DNA of 64,000 nucleotides. It comes from Planctomycetota bacterium (GTDB taxonomy: Bacteria; Planctomycetota; UBA1135; UBA2386). The notes beneath the pieces were generated by a model. It was not told where the DNA came from, did not search any database, and saw only the letters and a list, made by a program, of their open reading frames with translations. The stretch is taken from positions 2,176,001 to 2,240,000 of the forward strand of contig OZ245838.1 of the NCBI GenBank assembly GCA_965228735.1, read 5' to 3'. Positions 29,002-38,600 of the stretch are shown here, piece by piece. The position numbers were made by a program, and so were the translations under genes. How positions within the stretch are numbered: position 1 is the stretch's first letter; every line of letters starts with the position of its first letter.

Positions 29002-30246
29002 CTAGTTCTCGCTCGCCTCCAGGCGGCGGTGGTAGCCGCGGGAGACGTTGTAGCTGCCGAAGCCCTTGCGGAGCGCGTTGAGGACGTCTTCGTCGTAGGA
29101 GATCGTGGAGTAGTCGGCGGAGCCCTGGACCGTCATGTTGCCGGTGCAGACCAGGGCGCCGCGGATGTCCGACGGGGCGCGCATGGTGAAGTTGCCGTCG
29201 ACGTACACGAAACCGGAGAACGTCGATCCGCTGCCCGGGGAGATCATGGTGTTGCCTACGCAGACCACGATCCCGTAGCCGAGGAGCGGAGTCGAACTGT
29301 CGAACTGGATGTTGTTGTCCTCGACGACGATCAGAGCGCCGTCGGGAACCGGGCTCGGGAAGTCGTTCATGTCGGTGACGACGTGGGATGCGAGCGCCTT
29401 GAGTTCCGACAACGACATGCTGAACACGGTCTCGTAGCTGTCGTCATAGGTCGTCGCGGTCGACGCGAGGGCCGGGGTTCCGGTCACGCGAGGCGGGCTC
29501 GATGAACCCGTCGAGGGCGTCCCCGAAGCTGCGGGGTAGTAGATGCCCGCGGCCGTGCCGCCGCCGATGATGCGGCCCTTCGTGTTGATGTGGCAGTTGT
29601 TCCCGTCGCTGACGTTCACGGCAGACTGACCCGGGAGCTGCAGGATCAACCGTTGCACCTCCATGTCGAGCAGCTGGCTCGCGATGACCCGGTTGGGCTG
29701 CACGTCGAAGTCGACGTTCGGATCGAGGCGCTCGTAGATGTAGCCCATGCACGTGATGCGCCAGGCTGCGCCCGTGCCGCTCGCCGAGCGCTCGTCGGAG
29801 ATCTCCTCGCACTGCCACTGCACGCGCTTGGCAGCGCGCGCCGTGTCCGGATCCGCAGCCCATTCCTTCCAAACCTCGTAGCGCGCCCAGATCTGACCGG
29901 CGACGGCGAACTCGCGGACGATCCCGATGTCCGGATCGTCCGTATCGAGGATCGGCGGGCTCGCGAGCAGGTCGAGCTGCGGCTCGAACGCGACGACCGG
30001 CTGCACGACCTGCCGGTTCAACCAGCTCCGCGCCTCCGTCAGACCGGATCGCGCGATCTGCATCGCCTGCGCATCACGCGCGAACACGAGCCGCGTCTTC
30101 TGCTTGTTGGAGTGCAGGATGATCGCGCCGGTCGTCACGATCCCCAGCACCACCACCGTGAAGATCAGCGCCATGATGAGCGCCGCCCCGCGCTCACCAT
30201 CCCGACCGACCCCGAACGCCCGCTCACATCGACTGTGCATTGCCAT
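29002..30246 (-). CDS. PilX/GspK-like minor (pseudo)pilin-type protein
   Basis: Prepilin-like ERG|AALIMALIFTVVVLGIV, then A.QIARSGLTEA typical of PilX N-termini; C-terminal repetitive beta segments (G.V...GN). Start 30246 or 30240. Confidence 0.7.
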   Translation of the reverse strand: MAMHSRCERAFGVGRDGERGAALIMALIFTVVVLGIVTTGAIILHSNKQKTRLVFARDAQAMQIARSGLTEARSWLNRQVVQPVVAFEPQLDLLASPPILDTDDPDIGIVREFAVAGQIWARYEVWKEWAADPDTARAAKRVQWQCEEISDERSASGTGAAWRITCMGYIYERLDPNVDFDVQPNRVIASQLLDMEVQRLILQLPGQSAVNVSDGNNCHINTKGRIIGGGTAAGIYYPAASGTPSTGSSSPPRVTGTPALASTATTYDDSYETVFSMSLSELKALASHVVTDMNDFPSPVPDGALIVVEDNNIQFDSSTPLLGYGIVVCVGNTMISPGSGSTFSGFVYVDGNFTMRAPSDIRGALVCTGNMTVQGSADYSTISYDEDVLNALRKGFGSYNVSRGYHRRLEASEN

Positions 30247-30418
30247 ATCGCGATACCGAGAGCCCACCCGAAAAGGCCGAGCCACCCTCAGATACGCCGG
30301 CTATCGACCACCCGGTACCGGGGCTTGAACCCCAACTCCTGCCGGTCTCGTCCGGAGACCGATCGCTGCTCGATTCTGCGACGCCGGGCTTGGGTAGGCA
30401 GGGGACGCGCACGATGCG

Positions 30419-31264
30419 TCACAGGATCTCGATCGCGGTGACCTCGGCCTTGTAGAACGGGAAGTAGTCCGGCGTGCCGAAGTGGTTGCCGCCCTCGACG
30501 CGGGTCGGGAGCCGGTAGCCGTCGACCTCCCGGAAGCGCGACGGGTAGCCGCCGAAGGGCTGCTCCCGCCAGCGTCGCTCCGCGTTCTCGTTGCTCCAGC
30601 GCGGAATCACCACTTCGATCGGCGCGCCGGCCTCGTCGACCGTGATGTCGACGGCCTGCTCGAGATTCCCGAGGCGGACCACGGCCCGCGCCGTGTCGTC
30701 GCTCACCGCCTCCCAGGCCACCCGCTCGCTCGGCAGCAAGCTGGCCGGAGCCCAGAACGCGGCCTCGCTGATCACCCGCCCGAACGCCGACCGACGATGA
30801 TCGGGCCCCTCGGCGCGCACCACGGGAACCAGCCCGAGCAGCCAGAACCGCGTCCACGAGCCGGTCGGCGTCACGCCGTCCGACCCGCCGAGCAGCCCGC
30901 TCTCCACCCGCCAGACCAACCCATCGGGCGGCGCCAGGACCTGCTCGGCGTGCATGCGCCGGTAGCCGGGCGAGTCCTTCGTCCCGAGTCCCAGCTCGCC
31001 CGTCATCTCGAGTCGCACGGCAGTGCGGATCGGCGCACCGGACCGGATCGTGAACGCGAAGTAGCGCCGCGCGGGCTCGGGCAACGCCGCGACCATTGCC
31101 GGCTCGAACACCCGCCCGTCGGCCGACGGAGCCGCCAGTGCCCGCCAGGCTGCTGCGTCCGCCCGCCGATCGAACTGACGCCAACAGACCAGAGCCACGA
31201 CAAGACCGAACCCCCCAACGAGCGCCATCCAGATCACTCTCGACCTCCACCTCGACCTAGCCAT
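30419..31264 (-). CDS. Membrane-anchored DUF6544/DUF6920-like protein
   Basis: N-terminal TM; LPEPARRYF, EAAFWAPASLLP, PFGG...FREVDGYRLPT. Confidence 0.65.
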   Translation of the reverse strand: MARSRWRSRVIWMALVGGFGLVVALVCWRQFDRRADAAAWRALAAPSADGRVFEPAMVAALPEPARRYFAFTIRSGAPIRTAVRLEMTGELGLGTKDSPGYRRMHAEQVLAPPDGLVWRVESGLLGGSDGVTPTGSWTRFWLLGLVPVVRAEGPDHRRSAFGRVISEAAFWAPASLLPSERVAWEAVSDDTARAVVRLGNLEQAVDITVDEAGAPIEVVIPRWSNENAERRWREQPFGGYPSRFREVDGYRLPTRVEGGNHFGTPDYFPFYKAEVTAIEIL

Positions 31265-31303
31265 ACGAGCAGCCCAACGATCCTACGGATGCCCCGCAAC
31301 CGG

Positions 31304-31365
31304 AGATGGTTGGGGTTGTGCCTAGATGGTCGGGGTTTGTGCCTAGATGGTCGGGGTTTGTGCCT
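31304..31365. repeat. 21-bp tandem repeat (3 copies)
   Basis: AGATGGTCGGGGTTTGTGCCT twice, preceded by a degenerate 20-bp first copy. Confidence 0.85.
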
Positions 31366-31390
31366 GGCACGCAAACCAACCGGCATGGCC

Positions 31391-31636
31391 GAGCTGCGAA
31401 GCAGCAATGGCCGCCTCCTGCCGTGACGCTCGTGTCGCCCAAAGGTCGAGCCGCGAAGCGGCAATACCCGCCCCGCCGAGACGGCTCCTTCCGTGAATCC
31501 AAGCTGGCCGCCGCGTAGCGGCACAGCCACCCCAAAGTTGGCAGCCGCGTAGCGGCGCAGCCACCCCGAAGTTGGCAGCCGCGTAGCGGCGCACCCACCC
31601 CAAAGTTGGCAGCCGCGTAGCGGCGCAGCCAACTCC
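31391..31636. repeat. Cluster of REP-like GCYGC-GNA-GCRGC hairpins, including a 4 x 34-bp tandem array
   Basis: Hairpins at 31393, 31450, 31510, 31544, 31578 and 31612. Unit AAGTTGGCAGCCGCGTAGCGGCGCAGCCACCCC(A/G). Confidence 0.85.
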
Positions 31637-31710
31637 CCGCCGCGGCGTGCCGGCGCCAACGGGCCTCCCCGCGCGGCACCGGCCATCGCCGAGCCGCGAG
31701 CGAAGAACCA

Positions 31711-31770
31711 GAAGTATCGTGAGCTGCTTTTCCTCCTCCTCAGAGGAGGAAAAGCATCTCACGATACTTC
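31711..31770. repeat. 28-bp fold-back of the glnA 3' end with the stop codon in the loop
   Basis: GAAGTATCGTGAGCTGCTTTTCCTCCTC (31711-31738) / GAGGAGGAAAAGCATCTCACGATACTTC (31743-31770), one mismatch. Confidence 0.9.
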
Positions 31771-33920
31771 GGCAGGTGCCAATCGGCGTCGTCGACCATC
31801 GTCTCGATGACGTCCGCCTGGTCGCGCAGGGCGTCCACTGCGGAATGGACGCGATCGCGATAGACCTTGGCGTGGTCGTGTGCGCTGCCGTCGAACGCCT
31901 CGGCTGCCTCGAACTCGCCGCTGAGGGTCTCGACGCCCTCGATCAGGCTCTCGATGCAGCCAGTGAGCTGCTCGAGGCGGCGGCGCTGCGCCTTGACCTC
32001 GAGGCCGTTCTCCTTCGCGGCGGTGATGCTCTGCGCCACGGCCAGCTGGGTCTTCTGCGCCGCAGGGAGCACGACCGTGCGCGCGATCGACAGCGCGCTC
32101 TGCGCCTCGATCGCGATCGTGTTGCAGAACTTCTCGAACATGATGTTCATGCGCGAGACGGCCTCCTTGCTCGTGAGAACACTCGTGCGCTCGAACATCT
32201 CGACGTTCTTCGGCGAGGCGAAGTGCTCGATGGCGTCGACGCAGTTGCGCAGGTTGGGCAACCCGCGACTCTCGGCCTCGGCGTGCCACGCCTCCGAGTA
32301 GCCGTCACCGTTGAAGACGATGCGGTGGTGCTGCCGGAACAGGTCGCTCACGACCTGCTCGACCGCGGCCTCGAGCCCCTTCTCACCGCGCACCTTCTCG
32401 ACCTCGTCACAGAAGTGGTTCAGCGAGTCGGCGATGATCGCGTTGAGCACGGCGTTCGGCTTGGCCACACCCTGGCTCGAACCGACGGCGCGGAACTCGA
32501 ACTTGTTGCCCGTGAACGCGAACGGCGACGTGCGGTTGCGATCCGTCGCGTCGCGCGGCAGCGGCGGCAGCGCGCTCGCGCCGAGGTTCATGTCCTCGCC
32601 CTTGTGCGCGCTGCCGGCGTTCGACCCGCCGATCATGTTCTCCACGATGTCCATGAGCTGCTCGCCGAGGTAGACGGACAGGATCGCGGGCGGCGCTTCG
32701 TTCGCGCCGAGGCGATGGTCGTTGCCCGCATCGGCGATCGTGACTCGCAGCAGATCGGCGTGCACGTCGACGGCCCGCAGCACGGCAGCGAGCACGACGA
32801 GGAACCGCGTGTTCTGCTCCGGTGACTGGCCCGGCTCGAGCAGGTTCTCGCCGGTGTCCGTCGCCATCGCCCAGTTGTTGTGCTTGCCCGAGCCGTTGAT
32901 GCCGGCGTAGGGCTTCTCGTGCAGCAGGCACTCGAAGCCATGGCGCGCGGCCACCTGCTTCAGCACCTCCATCGTGAGCATGTTGTGGTCCGCGGCGACC
33001 GTCGTGCGCTCGAAGATCGGCGCGACCTCGAACTGACTCGGCGCGACCTCGTTGTGCCGCGTCTTGATCGGCACGCCGAGCTTCCACAGCACGAGCTCGG
33101 CCTCGTGCATGAACGCGAGCACCCGCGGCTTGATCGCCCCGAAATAGTGATCGTCGAGCTCCTGCCCCTTCGGCGGCCGCGCCCCGAAGACGGTGCGCCC
33201 CGTGGCGACGAGGTCGGGCCGCAACATGAACAGGTCGCGGTCGATCAGGAAATACTCCTGCTCGCAACCGAGCGTCGGATACACGAAGCCGACCTTGTCG
33301 TCACCGAGCAGCCGCAGCATCCGCATCGCCGCGCGGTTCAGCGTGTCCGCCGAACGCAGCAGCGGCGTCTTCTCGTCGAGCGCCTCGCCGGTCCACGAAC
33401 AGAACGCCGTCGGGATGCACAGCGTCGCCCCATTGGTCGTCTCGCGAATGAACGCCGGTGACGTCGGATCCCACGCGGTGTAGCCACGAGCCTCGAACGT
33501 CGCGCGCAGACCGCCGCTCGGGAACGAGCTCGCGTCGGGCTCGCCCTTGATCAGCGCCTTGCCGCTGAACTCCATCAGCAGGCGGCCGTTCTCGATCGTC
33601 GCGAAGCTGTCGTGCTTCTCCGCCGTCGAGCCCGTCATCGGCTGGAACCAGTGCGTGAAGTGCGTTGCGCCGCGTTCGACGGCCCACTCCTTCATCGCGG
33701 CAGCGACCTGATCCGCGAGCGCGCCCTCGAGTTCCTTGCCGTGCTCCATGCACTGACGCAGCGCGTCGTAGGCCGACTCCGGCAAGCGCGACCGCATCTG
33801 GTCGAGGCCGAAGACATTGGCCCCGAACAGCTCGGGCAGTTGCGTGCGCGAATCGATGTCGATCGGCACGGGGCGTTTCTTGGCAATGGATCGAATGGCC
33901 GCGGAGCGCTGCGACGTCAA
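31740..33920 (-). CDS. glnA: Glutamine synthetase type III
   Basis: ATHFTHWFQP, AEKHDSF, GEPDASSFPSGGLR.TFEARGYTAWD, HNEVAP, NGSGKHNNW, HRLGANEAPP, DRNRTSPFAFTGNKFEFR. TTG start with AGGAGG RBS 7 nt upstream. Confidence 0.96.
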   Translation of the reverse strand: MTSQRSAAIRSIAKKRPVPIDIDSRTQLPELFGANVFGLDQMRSRLPESAYDALRQCMEHGKELEGALADQVAAAMKEWAVERGATHFTHWFQPMTGSTAEKHDSFATIENGRLLMEFSGKALIKGEPDASSFPSGGLRATFEARGYTAWDPTSPAFIRETTNGATLCIPTAFCSWTGEALDEKTPLLRSADTLNRAAMRMLRLLGDDKVGFVYPTLGCEQEYFLIDRDLFMLRPDLVATGRTVFGARPPKGQELDDHYFGAIKPRVLAFMHEAELVLWKLGVPIKTRHNEVAPSQFEVAPIFERTTVAADHNMLTMEVLKQVAARHGFECLLHEKPYAGINGSGKHNNWAMATDTGENLLEPGQSPEQNTRFLVVLAAVLRAVDVHADLLRVTIADAGNDHRLGANEAPPAILSVYLGEQLMDIVENMIGGSNAGSAHKGEDMNLGASALPPLPRDATDRNRTSPFAFTGNKFEFRAVGSSQGVAKPNAVLNAIIADSLNHFCDEVEKVRGEKGLEAAVEQVVSDLFRQHHRIVFNGDGYSEAWHAEAESRGLPNLRNCVDAIEHFASPKNVEMFERTSVLTSKEAVSRMNIMFEKFCNTIAIEAQSALSIARTVVLPAAQKTQLAVAQSITAAKENGLEVKAQRRRLEQLTGCIESLIEGVETLSGEFEAAEAFDGSAHDHAKVYRDRVHSAVDALRDQADVIETMVDDADWHLPKYREMLFLL

Positions 33921-34152
33921 GTTCTGTCCTCCTGCGTCTGACTACAGTGAATCTTCGCCGCCCGGCGGAACGAACCGTTCCAGAAATCCGAACGGGAAAG
34001 ACGGCGCGGTGACGGTACCTTGGCCGGTCGGCGAAAGCACGGAAGCTCTGCCGTGGTCGTCGGTGGGTCTCCGAGGTCGTTGCGCGCAGCCCACGGCCCG
34101 ACCCCGAGTTGACGACACCACTGCCGGCCCCAGAATCGTTTTCCACATCGTC

Positions 34153-35616
34153 GTGATCGACCCTCACAACATCCTGGCCGGCGCGATCCTCCTGCTGCTG
34201 CCCGGGTGCCTCCTCGAGCCGCCGCCGGCGCCGCCGCCGATCGTCACGGTCGCGGTCGACTACGAGCTGCGCGACCCGCAGCGCGATCCGCTGCCGGTAG
34301 GCGCTGGGGCCAGCGGTAACGAGTCCGGGCCAGAGCCCGTGCACGTGCGCGCCAGCCTGCATTGGCTGGGGTCCGCGACCGGCGCGGCGACCCCGACGCA
34401 GGACGCCGCGGTCAGCCCGCCCTTCGGCGAGCCGCTCGATACCCGCATCGAGACGGTTTTGTCGCGGCGCGGCGAACCGTTCCGCGCGGGCACGACGCTG
34501 CTGCGCGGCCTCTGGCTCGCGCCCGAGGCGGGCATCGAACTCGGACCGATCGCGAGCTCGGCGACCGCCACGGTCGCGCAGTCGTTCGCCGCGGTGCTGC
34601 ACTTCCCCGGTGCGGCGCTGCCCGAACTGCTCGTGCTGCGGGACGTCGCGGGCCTCCGCATCGCGGTGCGCGCGACCAGCGCAGCGCGCGCCAACGCCGA
34701 GCACGACGCCCCCGAACGCCTGGCGGCAGCGGAGCGCCACGACCTGGCAGCGGACGCCCCCGAGGAGCTCGCCCGGCTGCGGCCGTTCGATCTCGCCGCG
34801 GGCGAGGCGCTGACCATCGTTCGACCCGCCCTCGCGCGCCCGGGCGAGCGGCCGATCCCGCCGCTCGCGCTCGTGCTCGAACTCACCGGGCCCGCTCCGA
34901 CCACCGCCGTGCGCGCCGTCGACGACCGGCTCGCCGAACGCGCGGCCAACCCCACGACACCGCCACCCGTGATCGCGCAGAGCGAGCTTGCGCGCACCGC
35001 GATCGGCGCCCGCCCGCGGCGCGGGGCCCTGATGGCACTCACCGCGCGCTACGACCTGGACCACTGCCTCGACATCCTGCTCTGCGTCGGGGAACGCGAC
35101 CTGATCGCGCTGTCCGACGGCATGCCCGACCTGCCACGCGCCACGTCCGTCGCGCTCGATCCGGCGTTGCCGGCGCCGGCTTCGACCGCGGCCGAATCGA
35201 GTGACCGGCCGGCACCGCGGCCGACCCGAGCCGAGAACGCGTGGCGGATCGAGCAGGCGTTCTTCACCGCGCTGCTGCCGCGGCTGCAGCGCGGTGAGCT
35301 GCCGCCGCAAGCCGTCACGGCCATGCGGCGTCACCTCGGCGTCGTCGCGATCGATCCGACGGCGCTGGAGTTCGCGCTCGCGACGAGCCCGGACCACGTG
35401 GCCTTCCGAGCGGCGGTCCGCACCGAGAACGAACGCGGGCTCGCGGACCGGCGCGCGCGCAATCGCCTGCTCGCACAGGATTGGCTCGCCGGCCGCGGCA
35501 TCACGGTGCCGGGCTTCGACCCGCTCGCGCCCCGGGCCACCCGCAAGGCGGCGCTGCACGCGTTCCGCCGCGCACGCGCCGCGGCGACCGAATCGTCGAT
35601 GGAGGGCGGCCGATGA
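34153..35616 (+). CDS. Hypothetical lipoprotein
   Basis: GTG start, hydrophobic stretch with lipobox-like LPGC; ATGA overlap with the downstream gene. Confidence 0.6.
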   Translation: MIDPHNILAGAILLLLPGCLLEPPPAPPPIVTVAVDYELRDPQRDPLPVGAGASGNESGPEPVHVRASLHWLGSATGAATPTQDAAVSPPFGEPLDTRIETVLSRRGEPFRAGTTLLRGLWLAPEAGIELGPIASSATATVAQSFAAVLHFPGAALPELLVLRDVAGLRIAVRATSAARANAEHDAPERLAAAERHDLAADAPEELARLRPFDLAAGEALTIVRPALARPGERPIPPLALVLELTGPAPTTAVRAVDDRLAERAANPTTPPPVIAQSELARTAIGARPRRGALMALTARYDLDHCLDILLCVGERDLIALSDGMPDLPRATSVALDPALPAPASTAAESSDRPAPRPTRAENAWRIEQAFFTALLPRLQRGELPPQAVTAMRRHLGVVAIDPTALEFALATSPDHVAFRAAVRTENERGLADRRARNRLLAQDWLAGRGITVPGFDPLAPRATRKAALHAFRRARAAATESSMEGGR

Positions 35617-38600
35617 CCGCCGCGCCCGACTCCGGCCCCGGGCCCGAACGCCGCGGCGGCCCGCAGCCCCCGACTCCAGCGGAAGCGACTCCGGCCGAGG
35701 GCGCCGGCGATTCCACGGCGACGAACGCCGACCAGCGCAAGCCGCGCAAGCGCCGCCGCTGGCGCCGGCTCTTCGCCTGGTTGCTCGCGGTGACCGTCAT
35801 CGCCCGCATCGTGCTCGGCATCTTCCTGCCGGACCTCGTCGCCTACGGCGTCACGTTCGCGGGCCTCGCGGGCCGCTGCGCCAACGCGGAGCTGTCGCTG
35901 CTCGGCGGCTCGGTGCGACTGCAGGGTCTCGAGCTGCACGATCCGGACGACCCCGAACACGGCCCCCGCCTGACGTTGCTGGAACTCGGCGCCGACGTCT
36001 CGACCTGGCAGCTGCTGCAGGGTGACATCGTCATCGACGACGCGGTGCTGCGGAGCGCGCAGCTCGTGCTGCACCGGCGAGCGGATCGGTCGTTCGTGCT
36101 GCCGGCCGCATGGACCGCGCCGAGCCCCGAACCCGAGCCGGAACCCGAGTCCGAGCCCGAGGCAGGGCCGATGTCGACCGAGCTGCCGCTCCGCATCGCG
36201 ACGGCGCGGATCCACGACCTGCGCCTGCGCATCGTCGAGCTCGACGGCCGGCGCGCGCCGATCGACGTCGTGCTCGATCTCGATATCGACGACGTCGGCA
36301 GCCGCGACGTGCCCGGTCATCTCGAGCTGCGACTCGCGGCCGACGGGGTCGCCGACCGCGTCGTGATCGGGGCGCAGTTCGACACGCCGGGCAAGGACGC
36401 CGAGGGCGGCGGCGGCGGCATCCGGGTCGACTCGACGATCCTCGCGCACGGCCTCGACCTGGCGCCGCTCGTGCCCGCTGCGGAACAGCTCGGTGTCATC
36501 GACGTCGAGCTCGCGGCCAAGATCGCGCTGCTGCCCGATCCCGCGGTGCCGGATGGCGCGCGGCTGCAGACCACGCTCGAACTGCACGACTCCCCGGCGA
36601 TCGCACGCACGCTGACGGCCGATGTCGGCGCCACGTTCGACGCCGCGGGCGGCATGGACTGCAGCGCGGCGATCGACGCGACGGGCATCGTTCTCGAGCC
36701 GCTGGCGGAGTTGCTGCGCGCCAGCGGCGTGACGTTCGTCGAGGACGGGATCGACGCTTCGGCCCGCGCGAGCGCCAGACTGCCCGGCGCGGATCCCGAG
36801 GCCGCGACGCCGGCCGGGATGGACCTGCGCGTGCACGACGTTCGCGTCGGCACGGGCGACGACGTGATCACGCTCACGGATCTCACCGTCGAACAGCTGC
36901 GGCAGACCGGGGACGGCCTGCACATCGCCGCGGTGCGAGCCGTTGGGCCGACCGCGAGCGCGGCGCAGCGACCCGACGGCAGCCTGGCGATCGCCGGCAT
37001 CCGATTCGGAGCCGCTGCGACCCCGACCGGGGCAGGAACCGGTGTCGCGCCGACGTCCGAACCGGCTGGGCCGGTTGCTGAACCGGCTGGGCCGGTTGCT
37101 GAACCGGCGGCGGATCCGGCCGCGGATCCGGCTGCTGGGCCGGCGGCGACGGGGGCGGCGCTGCCGACGATCATTCTCGACGAGCTGGACTGGCGTTCCG
37201 CGACGCTGGCGCTCCTCGATCAACGCCAGCCGGACGCCGAGCCGTTGACGGTCGAGGTGCAGACCCTGACGGGCCAGGGCCTCGCGTGTGCCTGCGACCG
37301 CGACGAAGGCACCGCCAACCTGCACGTTCGCGTGCCGGGCATCGCGGACGCGTTGCGGGTCCAGCTGCAGGTCACGCCGCAGGCCGGTGGCGCCCACGTC
37401 GAGGGCGATATCGAACTCGAGGACCTCACGACGACGGGGCTCGCGCGGTGGCTCGCGCCGCTCGGCATCGAGCCGACCTTCGCGACCGCGCAACTGCGCA
37501 CCGACCTCGTGGCCGACATCGGCGGCGCGGGCGAGAACGCGAGCGCGTCCGGTCGCATCGCCAACCTGCGCTTCACGACCGGCGACGATCTGCTGCTCGG
37601 GCTGAAGAACCTCGAACTCGACGACCTGCGGCTGCACCACGAGGGTCTGAAGTTCGCCAGCGTGAGCGCAGCGGAGCCCATCGTGCGCATCGAACGGTCC
37701 AACGCGGCGATGACGGTCGCGGGGCTGCGATTCGGGCGACCATCCGCGGCTCCGGCGCACACGACGCCGCCCGCCACGCCGCAGCCCGCAACTCCGAAGC
37801 CCGGGGCGCCAGCCGGCCCGGCGCGACCGCTCGTGCTCGACACGGGCCCGATCACGCTGGAACGCGCGACGGTGCACCTGCACGACACCGGCCCGAACCC
37901 GCGCACGAGCACCATCGGGGTCGATCTCGAACTCGGCGCGATCGCGGGCACCGGACTCGCGGCGTTCGCGCAGCCCGTGCCGTTCGCCCTGACCGTGCAC
38001 CTCGACGAACGGGTCGAGGCGCTCGGCCTGCGCGGCCAGCTCGCCCGCACGCAGGATCAGCTCACCGTGTCGGGGACGCTCGATGGCACCGGCATTCGCG
38101 GCACCGCGCTCACGCGCCTGCTGCCGGACGGCATGCGGTCGCCGCTCGCGAACGGCCGCATCGGCGCCGAGCTCGAGGTGCACATCGCCCCCGGAATGAG
38201 CGCGCTCGACGTCGCGGTGCGCGAGTTCGCGCTGCACGACGGTGACGAAGAGCTGGCGGCGATCGACCGGATCGAGTTCGTCGCGCCGCAGCTCGGCAGC
38301 GACACGGTTCACATCGAGAAGGCCGTCGTGGCCGGGGTGCGCGCCAAGGTCGAGAAGTCCGCGGCCGGGCTGCTCGTGCCGGGCCTGCTCATCGCGGACG
38401 CCGCCGCACCCGTGGACGGCGAACCCGCGCAACCGAACGCGCCGAGTCCGAACGCGCCGAGTCCGGCCGAGGCCGCCCCGACGTCGACCGAACCCGCGAC
38501 CGTCCCGCCGCCGATCAGCGTGCCGACGACGCGTGCACCCGGCGCCGGCCTGCCCGCGCTGCGCATCGACGAGCTCGCGGTCGCGCTCGACGAACTCGTG

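Noticed and set aside
31501..31636. Possible CRISPR array (34-bp period)
   Set aside because: Units are head-to-tail with no unique spacers and there are no cas genes in the window.
33921..34150. Glutamine riboswitch or sigma-54 promoter upstream of glnA
   Set aside because: Only short generic hairpins. I could not identify a riboswitch consensus or a GG-N10-GC element on the glnA strand.
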